NCBI RefSeq assembly: GCF_009914755.1
Contig: NC_060932.1
Length of the DNA: 64,000 nt
DNA from: the human T2T-CHM13v2.0 reference genome, Homo sapiens
Direction: 5' to 3' (one strand)
Positions 25,701-41,200 of the stretch are shown here, piece by piece. Position 1 is the stretch's first letter. Every line of letters starts with the position of its first letter. The notes beneath the pieces are model-generated. The model made no database searches, was not told where the DNA came from, and saw only the letters and a program-made list of their open reading frames with translations. Position numbers and translations under genes: made by a program.

Positions 25701-28700
25701 CACAGCAGCATACTCAGAAAATACTTTGCCATATTTCCATTCAAGTCACAGAGTGGAACATTCCCATTCATAGAGCAGGTTGGAAACACTCTTTTTGGAG
25801 TATCTGGAAGTGGACATTTGGAGCGCTTTCTGAACTATGGTGAAAAAGGAAATATCTTCCAATGAAAACAAGACAGAAGCATTCTGAGAAACTTATTTGT
25901 GATGTGTGTCCTCAACAAACGGACTTGAACCTTTCGTTTCATGCAGTACTTCTGGAACACTCTTTTTGAAGATTCTGCATGCGGATATTTGGATAGCTTT
26001 GAGGATTTCGTTGGAAACGGGCTTACATGTAAAAATTAGACAGCAGCATTCTCAGAAACTTCTTTGTGGTGTCTGCATTCAAGTCACAGAATTGAACTTC
26101 CCCTCACATAGAGCAGTTGTGCAGCACTCTATTTGTAGTATCTGGAAGTGGACATTTGGAGGGCTTTGTAGCCTATCTGGAAAAAGGAAATATCTTCCCA
26201 TGAATGCGAGATAGAAGTAATCTCAGAAACATGTTTATGCTGTATCTACTCAACTAACTGTGCTGAACATTTCTATTGATAGAGCAGTTTTGAGACCCTC
26301 TTCTTTTGGAATCTGCAAGTGGATATTTGGATAGATTTGAGGATTTCGTTGGAAACGGGATTATATATCAAAAGTAGACAGCAGCATTCTCAGAAACTTC
26401 TTTGTGATGTTTGCATCCAGCTCTCAGAGTTGAACATTCCCTTTCATAGAGTAGGTTTGAAACCCTCTTTTTATAGTGTCTGGAAGCGGGCATTTGGAGC
26501 GCTTTCAGGCCTATGCTGAAAAAGGAGATATCTACCTATAGAAACTAGACAGAAGCATTCTGAGAATCACGTTTGTGATGTGGGTACTCAACTAACAGTG
26601 TTGATCCATTCTTTTGATACAGCAGTTTTGAACCACACTTTTTGTAGAATCTGCAAGTGGATATTTGGATAGCTGTGAGGATTTCGTTGGAAACGGGAAT
26701 GTCTTCATAGAAAATTTAGACAGAAGCATTCTCAGAACCTTGATTGTGATGTGTGTTCTCCACTAACAGAGTTGAACCTTTCTTTTGACAGAACTGTTCT
26801 GAAACATTCTTTTTATAGAATCTGGAAGTGGATATTTGGAAAGCTTTGAGGATTTCGTTGGAAACGGGAATATCTTCAAATCAAATCTAGCCAGAAGCAT
26901 TCTAAGAAACATCTTAGGGATGTTTACATTCAAGTCACAGAGTTGAACATTCCCTTTCACAGAGCAGGTTTGAAACAATCTTCTCGTACTATCTGGCAGT
27001 GGACATTTTGAGCTCTTTGGGGCCTATGCTGAAAAAGGAAATATCTTCCGACAAAAACTAGTCAGAAGCATTCGCAGAATCACGTTTGTGATGTGTGCAC
27101 TCAACTGTCAGAATTGAACCTTGGTTTGGAGAGAGCACTTTTGAAACACACTTTTTGTAGAATCTGCAGGTGGATATTTGGCTAGCTTTGAGGATTTCGT
27201 TGGAAACGGTAATGTCTTCAAAGAAAATCTAGACAGAAGCATTCTCAGAAACACCTTCGTGATGTTTGCAATCAAGTCACAGAGTTGAACCTTCCGTTTC
27301 ATAGAGCATGTTGGAAACACACTTTTTGTAGTATCTGGAAGTGGACATTTGGAGGGCTTTGTAGCCTATCTGGAAAAAGGAAATATCTTCCCATGAATGC
27401 GAGATAGATGTAATCTCCGAAACATGTTTATGCTGTATCTACTCAACTAACTGTGCTGAACATTTCTATTGATAGAGCAGTTTTGAGACACTCTTCTTTT
27501 GGAATCTGCAAGTGGATATTTGGATAGATTTGAGGATTTCGTTGGAAACGGGATTATATATAAAAAGTAGACAGCAGCATTCTCAGAAACTTCTTTGTGA
27601 TGTTTGCATCCAGCTCTCAGAGTTGAACATTCCCTTTCATAGAGTAGGTTTGAAACCCTCTTTTTATAGTGTCTGGAAGCGGGCATTTGGAGCGCTTTCA
27701 GGCCTATGCTGAAAAAGGAAATATCTACCTATAGAAACTAGACAGAAGCATTCTGAGAATCACGTTTGTGATGTGGGTACTCAACTAACAGTGTTGATCC
27801 ATTCTTTTGATACAGCAGTTTTGAACCACACTTTTTGTAGAATCTGCAAGTGGATATTTGGATAGCTGTGAGGATTTCGTTGGAAACGGGAATGTCTTCA
27901 TAGAAAATTTAGACAGAAGCATTCTCAGAACCTTGATTGTGATGTGTGTTCTCCACTAACAGAGTTGAAACTTTCTTTTGACAGAACTGTTCTGAAACAT
28001 TCTTTTTATAGAATCTGGAAGTGGATATTTGGAAAGCTTTGAGGATTTCGTTGGAAACGGGAATATCTTCAAATCAAATCTAGCCAGAAGCATTCTAAGA
28101 AACAGCTTAGGGATGTTTACATTCAAGTCACAGAGTTGAACATTCCCTTTCACAGAGCAGGTTTGAAACAATCTTCTCGTACTATCTGGCAGTGGACATT
28201 TTGAGCTCCTTGGGGCCTATGCTGAAAAAGGAAATATCTTCCGACAAAAACTAGACAGAAGCATTCGCAGAATCACGTTTGTGATGTGTGCACTCAACTG
28301 TCAGAATTGAACCTTGGTTTGGAGAGAGCACTCTTGAAACACTCTTTTTGTAGAATCTGCAGGTGGATATTTGGCTAGCTTTGAGGATTTCGTTGGAAAC
28401 GGTAATGTCTTCAAAGAAAATCTAGACAGAAGCATTCTCCGAAACACCTTCGTGATGTTTGCAATCAAGTCACAGAGTTGAACCTTCCGTTTCATAGAGC
28501 AGGTTGGAAACACTCTTTTTGTAGTATCTGGAAGTGGACATTTGGAGTGCTTTCAGGCCTATGGTGAAAAAGGAAATATCTTCCCATAAAAACGACATAG
28601 AAGCTATCTCAGGAACTTGTTTATGATGCATCTAATCAACTAACAGTGTTGAACCTTTGTACTGACAGAGCAGTTTGAAACACTCTTTTTTTGGAATCTG

Positions 28701-29278
28701 CAAGTGGATATTTGGATCGCTTTGAGGATTTCGTTGGAAACGGGATGCAATATAAAACGTACACAGCAGCATACTCAGAAAATACTTTGCCATATTTCCA
28801 TTCAAGTCACAGAGTGGAACATTCCCATTCATAGAGCAGGTTGGAAACACTCTTTTTGGAGTATCTGGAAGTGGACATTTGGAGCGCTTTCTGAACTATG
28901 GTGAAAAAGGAAATATCTTCCAATGAAAACAAGACAGAAGCATTCTGAGAAACTTATTTGTGATGTGTGTCCTCAACAAACGGACTTGAACCTTTCGTTT
29001 CATGCAGTACTTCTGGAACACTCTTTTTGAAGATTCTGCATGCGGATATTTGGATAGCTTTGAGGATTTCGTTGGAAACGGGCTTACATGTAAAAATTAG
29101 ACAGCAGCATTCTCAGAAACTTCTTTGTGGTGTCTGCATTCAAGTCACAGAATTGAACATCCCCTCACATAGAGCAGTTGTGCAGCACTCTATTTGTAGT
29201 ATCTGGAAGTGGACATTTGGAGGGCTTTGTAGCCTATCTGGAAAAAGGAAATATCTTCCCATGAATGCGAGATAGAAG
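10760..29278 (+). repeat. Macro-repeat copy 1 (18,519 bp; 14 HORs: 7 8 8 8 7 7 8 8 8 7 7 8 7 11)
   Basis: HOR order and rare variants recur at exactly +18,519 (12462/30981, 14454/32973, 16525/35044, 23810/42329). The true left edge probably lies inside the first 7-mer. Confidence 0.92.
27411..29278 (+). repeat. 11-mer HOR, haplotype 1
   Basis: 1868-bp spacing; same marker alleles as 569-2436. Confidence 0.93.
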
Positions 29279-32200
29279 TAATCTCAGAAACATGTTTATG
29301 CTGTATCTACTCAACTAACTGTGCTGAACATTTCTATTGATAGAGCAGTTTTGAGACACTCTTCTTTTGGAATCTGCAAGTGGATATTTGGATAGATTTG
29401 AGGATTTCGTTGGAAACGGGATTATATATAAAAAGTAGACAGCAGCATTCTCAGAAACTTCTTTGTGATGTTTGCATCCAGCTCTCAGAGTTGAACATTC
29501 CCTTTCATAGAGTAGGTTTGAAACCCTCTTTTTATAGTGTCTGGAAGCGGGCATTTGGAGCGCTTTCAGGCCTATGCTGAATAAGGAAATATCTACCTAT
29601 AGAAACTAGACAGAAGCATTCTGAGAATCACGTTTGTGATGTGGGTACTCAACTAACAGTGTTGATCCATTCTTTTGATACAGCAGTTTTGAACCACACT
29701 TTTTGTAGAATCTGCAAGTGGATATTTGGATAGCTGTGAGGATTTCGTTGGAAACGGGAATGTCTTCATAGAAAATTTAGACAGAAGCATTCTCAGAACC
29801 TTGATTGTGATGTGTGTTCTCCACTAACAGAGTTGAACCTTTCTTTTGACAGAACTGTTCTGAAACATTCTTGTTATAGAATCTGGAAGTGGATATTTGG
29901 AAAGCTTTGAGGATTTCGTTGGAAACGGGAATATCTTCAAATAAAATCTAGCCAGAAGCATTCTAAGAAACATCTTAGGGATGTTTACATTCAAGTCACA
30001 GAGTTGAACATTCCCTTTCACAGAGCAGGTTTGAAACAATCTTCTCGTACTATCTGGCAGTGGACATTTTGAGCTCCTTGGGGCCTATGCTGAAAAAGGA
30101 AATATCTTCCGACAAAAACTAGACAGAAGCATTCGCAGAATCACGTTTGTGATGTGTGCACTCAACTGTCAGAATTGAACCTTGGTTTGGACAGAGCACT
30201 TTTGAAACACTCTTTTTGTAGAATCTGCAGGTGGATATTTGGCTAGCTTTGAGGATTTCGTTGGAAACGGTAATGTCTTCAAAGAAAATCTAGACAGAAG
30301 CATTCTCAGAAACACCTTCGTGATGTTTGCAATCAAGTCACAGAGTTGAACCTTCCGTTTCATAGAGCAGGTTGGAAACACTCTTTTTGTAGTATCTGGA
30401 AGTGGACATTTGGAGGGCTTTGTAGCCTATCTGGAAAAAGGAAATATCTTCCCATGAATGCGAGATAGAAGTAATCTCAGAAACATGTTTATGCTGTATC
30501 TACTCAACTAACTGTGCTGAACATTTCTATTGATAGAGCAGTTTTGAGACACTCTTCTTTTGGAATCTGCAAGTGGATATTTGGATAGATTTGAGGATTT
30601 CGTTGGAAACGGGATTATATATAAAAAGTAGACAGCAGCATTCTCAGAAACTTCTTTGTGATGTTTGCATCCAGCTCTCAGAGTTGAACATTCCCTTTCA
30701 TAGAATAGGTTTGAAACCCTCTTTTTATAGTGTCTGGAAGCGGGCATTTGGAGCGCTTTCAGGCCTATGCTTAAAATAGGAAATATCTACCTACAGAAAC
30801 TAGACAGAAGCATTCTGAGAATCTCGTTTGTGATGTGGGTACTCAACTAACAGTGTTGATCCATTCTTTTGATACAGCAGTTTTGAACCACACTTTTTGT
30901 AGAATCTGCAAGAGGATATTTGGATAGCTGTGAGGATTTCGTTGGAAACGGGAATGTCTTCAAAGAAAATCTAGACAGAATCATTCTGAGGAACACCTTC
31001 GTGATGTTTGCAATCAAGTCACAGAGTTGAACCTTCCGTTTCATAGAGCAGGTTGGAAACACTCTTATTGTAGTATCTGGAAGTGGACATTTGGAGCGCT
31101 TTCAGGCCTATGGTGAAAAAGGAAATATCTTCCCATAAAAACGACATAGAAGCTGTCTCAGGAACTTGTTTATGATGCATCTAATCAACTAACAGTGTTG
31201 AACCTTTGTACTGACAGAGCAGTTTGAAACACTCTTTTTTTGGAATCTGCAAGTGGATATTTGGATCGCTTTGAGGATTTCGTTGGAAACGGGATGCAAT
31301 ATAAAACGTACACAGCAGCATACTCAGAAAATACTTTGCCATATTTCCATTCAAGTCACAGAGTGGAACATTCACATTCATAGAGCAGGTTTGAAACACT
31401 CTTTTTGGAGTATCTGGAAGTGGACATTTGGAGCGCTTTCTGAACTATGGTGAAAAAGGAAATATCTTCCAATGAAAACAAGACAGAAGCATTCTGAGAA
31501 ACTTATTTGTGATGTGTGTCCTCAACAAACGGACTTGAACCTTTCGTTTCATGCAGTACTTCTGGAACACTCTTTTTGAAGATTCTGCATGCGGATATTT
31601 GGATAGCTTTGAGGATTTCGTTGGAAACGGGCTTACATGTAAAAATTAGACAGCAGCATTCTCAGAAACTTCTTTGTGGTGTCTGCATTCAAGTCACAGA
31701 ATTGAACTTCCCCTCACATAGAGCAGTTGTGCAGCACTCTATTTGTAGTATCTGGAAGTGGACATTTGGAGGGCTTTGTAGCCTATCTGGAAAAAGGAAA
31801 TATCTTCCCATGAATGCGAGATAGAAGTAATCTCAGAAACATGTTTATGCTGTATCTACTCAACTAACTGTGCTGAACATTTCTATTGATAGAGCAGTTT
31901 TGAGACACTCTTCTTTTGGAATCTGCAAGTGGATATTTGGATAGATTTGAGGATTTCGTTGGAAACGGGATTATATATAAAAAGTAGACAGCAGCATTCT
32001 CAGAAACATCTTTGTGATGTTTGCATCCAGCTCTCAGAGTTGAACATTCCCTTTCATAGAGTAGGTTTGAAACCCTCTTTTTATAGTGTCTGGAAGCGGG
32101 CATTTGGAGCGCTTTCAGGCCTATGCTTAAAATAGGAAATATCTACCTACAGAAACTAGACAGAAGCATTCTGAGAATCACGTTTGTGATGTGGGTACTC

Positions 32201-35200
32201 AACTAACAGTGTTGATCCATTCTTTTGATACAGCAGTTTTGAACCACACTTTTTGTAGAATCTGCAAGAGGATATTTGGATAGCTGTGAGGATTTCGTTG
32301 GAAACGGGAATGTCTTCAAAGAAAATCTAGACAGAAGCATTCTCAGAAACACCTTCGTGATGTTTGCAATCAAGTCACAGAGTTGAACCTTCCGTTTCAT
32401 AGAGCAGGTTGGAAACACTCTTATTGTAGTATCTGGAAGTGGACATTTGGAGCGCTTTCAGGCCTATGGTGAAAAAGGAAATATCTTCCCATAAAAACGA
32501 CATAGAAGCTATCTCAGGAACTTGTTTATGATGCATCTAATCAACTAACAGTGTTGAACCTTTGTACTGACAGAGCAGTTTGAAACACTCTTTTTTTGGA
32601 ATCTGCAAGTGGATATTTGGATCACTTTGAGGATTTCGTTGGAAACGGGATGCAATATAAAACGTACACAGCAGCATACTCAGAAAATACTTTGCCATGT
32701 TTCCATTCAAGTCACAGAGTGGAACATTCCCATTCATAGAGCAGGTTGGAAACACTCTTTTTGGAGTATCTGGAAGTGGACATTTGGAGCGCTTTCTGAA
32801 CTATGGTGAAAAAGGAAATATCTTCCAATGAAAACAAGACAGAAGCATTCTGAGAAACTTATTTGTGATGTGTGTCCTCAACAAACGGACTTGAACCTTT
32901 CGTTTCATGCAGTACTTCTGGAACACTCTTTTTGAAGATTCTGCATGCGGATATTTGGATAGCTTTGGGGGATTTCGTTGGAAACGGCCTTACATGTAAA
33001 AATTAGACAGCAGCATTCTCAGAAACTTCTTTGTGGTGTCTGCATTCAAGTCACAGAATTGAACTTCCCCTCACATAGAGCAGTTGTGCAGCACTCTATT
33101 TGTAGTATCTGGAAGTGGACATTTGGAGGGCTTTGTAGCCTATCTGGAAAAAGGAAATATCTTCCCATGAATGCGAGATAGAAGTAATCTCAGAAACGTG
33201 TTTATGCTGTATCTACTCAACTAACTGTGCTGAACATTTCTATTGATAGAGCAGTTTTGAGACACTCTTCTTTTGGAATCTGCAAGTGGATATTTGGATA
33301 GATTTGAGGATTTCGTTGGAAACGGGATTATATATAAAAAGTAGACAGCAGCATTCTCAGAAACTTCTTTGTGATGTTTGCATCCAGCTCTCAGAGTTGA
33401 ACATTCCCTTTCATAGAGTAGGTTTGAAACCCTCTTTTTATAGTGTCTGGAAGCGGGCATTTGGAGCGCTTTCAGGCCTATGCTTAAAATAGGAAATATC
33501 TACCTACAGAAACTAGACAGAAGCATTCTGAGAATCACGTTTGTGATGTGGGTACTCAACTAACAGTGTTGATCCATTCTTTTGATACAGCAGTTTTGAA
33601 CCACACTTTTTGTAGAATCTGCAAGAGGATATTTGGATAGCTGTGAGGATTTCGTTGGAAACGGGAATGTCTTCAAAGAAAATCTAGACAGAAGCATTCT
33701 CAGAAACACCTTCGTGATGTTTGCAATCAAGTCACAGAGTTGAACCTTCCGTTTCATAGAGCAGGTTGGAAACACTCTTATTGTAGTATCTGGAAGTGGA
33801 CATTTGGAGCGCTTTCAGGCCTATGGTGAAAAAGGAAATATCTTCCCATAAAAACGACATAGAAGCTATCTCAGGAACTTGTTTATGATGCATCTAATCA
33901 ACTAACAGTGTTGAACCTTTGTACTGACAGAGCACTTTGAAACACTCTTTTTTTGGAATCTGCAAGTGGATATTTGGATCGCTTTGAGGATTTCGTTGGA
34001 AACGGGATGCAATATAAAACGTACACAGCAGCATACTCAGAAAATACTTTGCCATATTTCCATTCAAGTCACAGAGTGGAACATTCCCATTCATAGAGCA
34101 GGTTGGAAACACTCTTTTTGGAGTATCTGGAAGTGGACATTTGGAGCGCTTTCTGAACTATGGTGAAAAAGGAAATATCTTCCAATGAAAACAAGACAGA
34201 AGCATTCTGAGAAACTTATTTGTGATGTGTGTCCTCAACAAACGGACTTGAACCTTTCGTTTCATGCAGTACTTCTGGAACACTCTTTTTGAAGATTCTG
34301 CATGCGGATATTTGGATAGCTTTGAGGATTTCGTTGGAAACGGGCTTACATGTAAAAATTAGACAGCAGCATTCTCAGAAACTTCTTTGTGGTGTCTGCA
34401 TTCAAGTCACAGAATTGAACTTCCCCTCACATAGAGCAGTTGTGCAGCACTCTATTTGTAGTATCTGGAAGTGGACATTTGGAGGGCTTTGTAGCCTATC
34501 TGGAAAAAGGAAATATCTTCCCATGAATGCGAGATAGAAGTAATCTCAGAAACATGTTTATGCTGTATCTACTCAACTAACTGTGCTGAACATTTCTATT
34601 GATAGAGCAGTTTTGAGACCCTCTTCTTTTGGAATCTGCAAGTGGATATTTGGATAGATTTGAGGATTTCGTTGGAAACGGGATTATATATAAAAAGTAG
34701 ACAGCAGCATTCTCAGAAACTTCTTTGTGATGTTTGCATCCAGCTCTCAGAGTTGAACATTCCCTTTCATAGAGTAGGTTTGAAACCCTCTTTTTATAGT
34801 GTCTGGAAGCGGGCATTTGGAGCGCTTTCAGGCCTATGCTGAAAAAGGAGATATCTACCTATAGAAACTAGACAGAAGCATTCTGAGAATCACGTTTGTG
34901 ATGTGGGTACTCAACTAACAGTGTTGATCCATTCTTTTGATACAGCAGTTTTGAACCACACTTTTTGTAGAATCTGCAAGTGGATATTTGGATAGCTGTG
35001 AGGATTTCGTTGGAAACGGGAATGTCTTCATAGAAAATTTAGAGAGAAGCATTCTCAGAACCTTGATTGTGATGTGTGTTCTCCACTAACAGAGTTGAAC
35101 CTTTCTTTTGACAGAACTGTTCTGAAACATTCTTTTTATAGAATCTGGAAGTGGATATTTGGAAAGCTTTGAGGATTTCGTTGGAAACGGGAATATCTTC

Positions 35201-38200
35201 AAATAAAATCTAGCCAGAAGCATTCTAAGAAACATCTTAGGGATGTTTACATTCAAGTCACAGAGTTGAACATTCCCTTTCACAGAGCAGGTTTGAAACA
35301 ATCTTCTCGTACTATCTGGCAGTGGACATTTTGAGCTCTTTGGGGCCTATGCTGAAAAAGGAAATATCTTCCGACAAAAACTAGACAGAAGCATTCGCAG
35401 AATCACGTTTGTGATGTGTGCACTCAACTGTCAGAATTGAACCTTGGTTTGGAGAGAGCACTTTTGAAACACTCTTTTTGTAGAATCTGCAGGTGGATAT
35501 TTGGCTAGCTTTGAGGATTTCCTTGGAAACGGTAATGTCTTCAAAGAAAATCTAGACAGAAGCATTCTCAGAAACACCTTCGTGATGTTTGCAATCAAGT
35601 CACAGAGTTGAACCTTCCGTTTCATAGAGCAGGTTGGAAACACACTTTTTGTAGTATCTGGAAGTGGACATTTGGAGGGCTTTGTAGCCTATCTGGAAAA
35701 AGGAAATATCTTCCCATGAATGCGAGATAGAAGTAATCTCAGAAACATGTTTATGCTGTATCTACTCAACTAACTGTGCTGAACATTTCTATTGATAGAG
35801 CAGTTTTGAGACACTCTTCTTTTGGAATCTGCAAGTGGATATTTGGATAGATTTGAGGATTTCGTTGGAAACGGGATTATATATAAAAAGTAGACAGCAG
35901 CATTCTCAGAAACTTCTTTGTGATGTTTGCATCTAGCTCCCAGAGTTGAACATTCCCTTTCATAGAGTAGTTTTGAAACCCTCTTTTTATAGTGTCTGGA
36001 AGCGGGCATTTGGAGCGCTTTCAGGCCTATGCTGAAAAAGGAAATATCTACCTATAGAAACTAGACAGAAGCATTCTGAGAATCACGTTTGTGATGTGGG
36101 TACTCAACTAACAGTGTTGATCCATTCTTTTGATACAGCAGTTTTGAACCACACTTTTTGTAGAATCTGCAAGTGGATATTTGGATAGCTGTGAGGATTT
36201 CGTTGGAAACGGGAATGTCTTCATAGAAAATTTAGACAGAAGCATTCTCAGAACCTTGATTGTGATGTGTGTTCTCCACTAACAGAGTTGAACCTTTCTT
36301 TTGACAGAACTGTTCTGAAACATTCTTTTTATAGAATCTGGAAGTGGATATTTGGAAAGATTTGAGGATTTCGTTGGAAACGGGAATATCTTCAAATCAA
36401 ATCTAGCCAGAAGCATTCTAAGAAACATCTTAGGGATGTTTACATTCAAGTCACAGAGTTGAACATTCCCTTTCACAGAGCAGGTTTGAAACAATCTTCT
36501 CGTACTATCTGGCAGTGGACATTTTGAGCTCCTTGGGGCCTATGCTGAAAAAGGAAATATCTTCCGACAAAAACTAGACAGAAGCATTCGCAGAATCACG
36601 TTTGTGATGTGTGCACTCAACTGTCAGAATTGAACCTTGGTTTGGAGAGAGCACTTTTGAAACACTCTTTTTGTAGAATCTGCAGGTGGATATTTGGCTA
36701 GCTTTGAGGATTTCGTTGGAAACGGTAATGTCTTCAAAGAAAATCTAGACAGAAGCATTCTCAGAAACACCTTCGTGATGTTTGCAATCAAGTCACAGAG
36801 TTGAACCTTCCGTTTCATAGAGCAGGTTGGAAACACTCTTTTTGTAGTATCTGGAAGTGGACATTTGGAGGGCTTTGTAGCCTATCTGGAAAAAGGAAAT
36901 ATCTTCCCATGAATGCGAGATAGAAGTAATCTCAGAAACATGTTTATGCTGTATCTACTCAACTAACTGTGCTGAACATTTCTATTGATAGAGCAGTTTT
37001 GAGACACTCTTCTTTTGGAATCTGCAAGTGGATATTTGGATAGATTTGAGGATTTCGTTGGAAACGGGATTATATATAAAAAGTAGACAGCAGCATTCTC
37101 AGAAACTTCTTTGTGATGTTTGCATCCAGCTCTCAGAGTTGAACATTCCCTTTCATAGAGTAGGTTTGAAACCCTCTTTTTATAGTGTCTGGAAGCGGGC
37201 ATTTGGAGCGCTTTCAGGCCTATGCTTAAAATAGGAAATATCTACCTACAGAAACTAGACAGAAGCATTCTGAGAATCACGTTTGTGATGTGGGTACTCA
37301 ACTAACAGTGTTGATCCATTCTTTTGATACAGCAGTTTTGAACCACACTTTTTGTAGAATCTGCAAGAGGATATTTGGATAGCTGTGAGGATTTCGTTGG
37401 AAACGGGAATGTCTTCAAAGAAAATCTAGACAGAAGCATTCTCAGAAACACCTTCGTGATGTTTGCAATCAAGTCACAGAGTTGAACCTTCCGTTTCATA
37501 GAGCAGGTTGGAAACACTCTTATTGTAGTATCTGGAAGTGGACATTTGGAGCGCTTTCAGGCCTATGGTGAAAAAGGAAATATCTTCCCATAAAAACGAC
37601 ATAGAAGCTATCTCAGGAACTTGTTTATGATGCATCTAATCAACTAACAGTGTTGAACCTTTGTACTGACAGAGCACTTTGAAACACTCTTTTTTTGGAA
37701 TCTGCAAGTGGATATTTGGATCGCTTTGAGGATTTCGTTGGAAACGGGATGCAATATAAAACGTACACAGCAGCATACTCAGAAAATACTTTGCCATATT
37801 TCCATTCAAGTCACAGAGTGGAACATTCCCATTCATAGAGCAGGTTGGAAACACTCTTTTTGGAGTATCTGGAAGTGGACATTTGGAGCGCTTTCTGAAC
37901 TATGGTGAAAAAGGAAATATCTTCCAATGAAAACAAGACAGAAGCATTCTGAGAAACTTATTTGTGATGTGTGTCCTCAACAAACGGACTTGAACCTTTC
38001 GTTTCATGCAGTACTTCTGGAACACTCTTTTTGAAGATTCTGCATGCGGATATTTGGATAGCTTTGAGGATTTCGTTGGAAACGGGCTTACATGTAAAAA
38101 TTAGACAGCAGCATTCTCAGAAACTTCTTTGTGGTGTCTGCATTCAAGTCACAGAATTGAACTTCCCCTCACATAGAGCAGTTGTGCAGCACTCTATTTG

Positions 38201-41200
38201 TAGTATCTGGAAGTGGACATTTGGAGGGCTTTGTAGCCTATCTGGAAAAAGGAAATATCTTCCCATGAATGCGAGATAGAAGTAATCTCAGAAACATGTT
38301 TATGCTGTATCTACTCAACTAACTGTGCTGAACATTTCTATTGATAGAGCAGTTTTGAGACACTCTTCTTTTGGAATCTGCAAGTGGATATTTGGATAGA
38401 TTTGAGGATTTCGTTGGAAACGGGATTATATATAAAAAGTAGACAGGAGCATTCTCAGAAACTTCTTTGTGATGTTTGCATCCAGCTCTCAGAGTTGAAC
38501 ATTCCCTTTCATAGAGTAGGTTTGAAACCCTCTTTTTATAGTGTCTGGAAGCGGGCATTTGGAGCGCTTTCAGGCCTATGCTTAAAATAGGAAATATCTA
38601 CCTATAGAAACTAGACAGAAGCATTCTGAGAATCACGTTTGTGATGTGGGTACTCAACTAACAGTGTTGATCCATTCTTTTGATACAGCAGTTTTGAACC
38701 ACACTTTTTGTAGAATCTGCAAGAGGATATTTGGATAGCTGTGAGGATTTCGTTGGAAACGGGAATGTCTTCAAAGAAAATCTAGACAGAAGCATTCTCA
38801 GAAACACCTTCGTGATGTTTGCAATCAAGTCACAGAGTTGAACCTTCCGTTTCATAGAGCAGGTTGGAAACACTCTTATTGTAGTATCTGGAAGGGGACA
38901 TTTGGAGCGCTTTCAGGCCTATGGTGAAAAAGGAAATATCTTCCCATAAAAACGACATAGAAGCTGTCTCAGGAACTTGTTTATGATGCATCTAATCAAC
39001 TAACAGTGTTGAACCTTTGTACTGACAGAGCAGTTTGAAACACTCTTTTTTTGGAATCTGCAAGTGGATATTTGGATCGCTTTGAGGATTTCGTTGGAAA
39101 CGGGATGCAATATAAAACTTACACAGCAGCATACTCAGAAAATACTTTGCCATATTTCCATTCAAGTCACAGAGTGGAACATTCCCATTCATAGAGCAGG
39201 TTTGAAACACTCTTTTTGGAGTATCTGGAAGTGGACATTTGGAGCGCTTTCTGAACTATGGTGAAAAAGGAAATATCTTCCAATGAAAACAAGACAGAAG
39301 CATTCTGAGAAACTTATTTGTGATGTGTGTCCTCAACAAACGGACTTGAACCTTTCGTTTCATGCAGTACTTCTGGAACACTCTTTTTGAAGATTCTGCA
39401 TGCGGATATTTGGATAGCTTTGAGGATTTCGTTGGAAACGGGCTTACATGTAAAAATTAGACAGCAGCATTCTCAGAAACTTCTTTGTGGTGTCTGCATT
39501 CAAGTCACAGAATTGAACTTCCCCTCACATAGAGCAGTTGTGCAGCACTCTATTTGTAGTATCTGGAAGTGGACATTTGGAGGGCTTTGTAGCCTATCTG
39601 GAAAAAGGAAATATCTTCCCATGAATGCGAGATAGAAGTAATCTGAGAAACATGTTTATGCTGTATCTACTCAACTAACTGTGCTGAACATTTCTATTGA
39701 TAGAGCAGTTTTGAGACCCTCTTCTTTTGGAATCTGCAAGTGGATATTTGGATAGATTTGAGGATTTCGTTGGAAACGGGATTATATATAAAAAGTAGAC
39801 AGCAGCATTCTCAGAAACTTCTTTGTGATGTTTGCATCCAGCTCTCAGAGTTGAACATTCCCTTTCATAGAGTAGGTTTGAAACCCTCTTTTTATAGTGT
39901 CTGGAAGCGGGCATTTGGAGCGCTTTCAGGCCTATGCTTAAAATAGGAAATATCTACCTACAGAAACTAGACAGAAGCATTCTGAGAATCACGTTTGTGA
40001 TGTGGGTACTCAACTAACAGTGTTGATCCATTCTTTTGATACAGCAGTTTTGAACCACACTTTTTGTAGAATCTGCAAGAGGATATTTGGATAGCTGTGA
40101 GGATTTCGTTGGAAACGGGAATGTCTTCAAAGAAAATCTAGACAGAAGCATTCTCAGAAACACCTTCGTGATGTTTGCAATCAAGTCACAGAGTTGAACC
40201 TTCCGTTTCATAGAGCAGGTTGGAAACACTCTTATTGTAGTATCTGGAAGTGGACATTTGGAGCGCTTTCAGGCCTATGGTGAAAAAGGAAATATCTTCC
40301 CATAAAAACGACATAGAAGCTATCTCAGGAACTTGTTTATGATGCATCTAATCAACTAACAGTGTTGAACCTTTGTACTGACAGAGCACTTTGAAACACT
40401 CTTTTTTTGGAATCTGCAAGTGGATATTTGGATCGCTTTGAGGATTTCGTTGGAAACGGGATGCAATATAAAACGTACACAGCAGCATACTCAGAAAATA
40501 CTTTGCCATATTTCCATTCAAGTCACAGAGTGGAACATTCCCATTCATAGAGCAGGTTGGAAACACTCTTTTTGGAGTATCTGGAAGTGGACATTTGGAG
40601 CGCTTTCTGAACTATGGTGAAAAAGGAAATATCTTCCAATGAAAACAAGACAGAAGCATTCTGAGAAACTTATTTGTGATGTGTGTCCTCAACAAACGGA
40701 CTTGAACCTTTCGTTTCATGCAGTACTTCTGGAACACTCTTTTTGAAGATTCTGCATGCGGATATTTGGATAGCTTTGAGGATTTCGTTGGAAACGGGCT
40801 TACATGTAAAAATTAGACAGCAGCATTCTCAGAAACTTCTTTGTGGTGTCTGCATTCAAGTCACAGAATTGAACTTCCCCTCACATAGAGCAGTTGTGCA
40901 GCACTCTATTTGTAGTATCTGGAAGTGGACATTTGGAGGGCTTTGTAGCCTATCTGGAAAAAGGAAATATCTTCCCATGAATGCGAGATAGAAGTAATCT
41001 CAGAAACATGTTTATGCTGTATCTACTCAACTAACTGTGCTGAACATTTCTATTGATAGAGCAGTTTTGAGACCCTCTTCTTTTGGAATCTGCAAGTGGA
41101 TATTTGGATAGATTTGAGGATTTCGTTGGAAACGGGATTATATATAAAAAGTAGACAGCAGCATTCTCAGAAACTTCTTTGTGATGTTTGCATCCAGCTC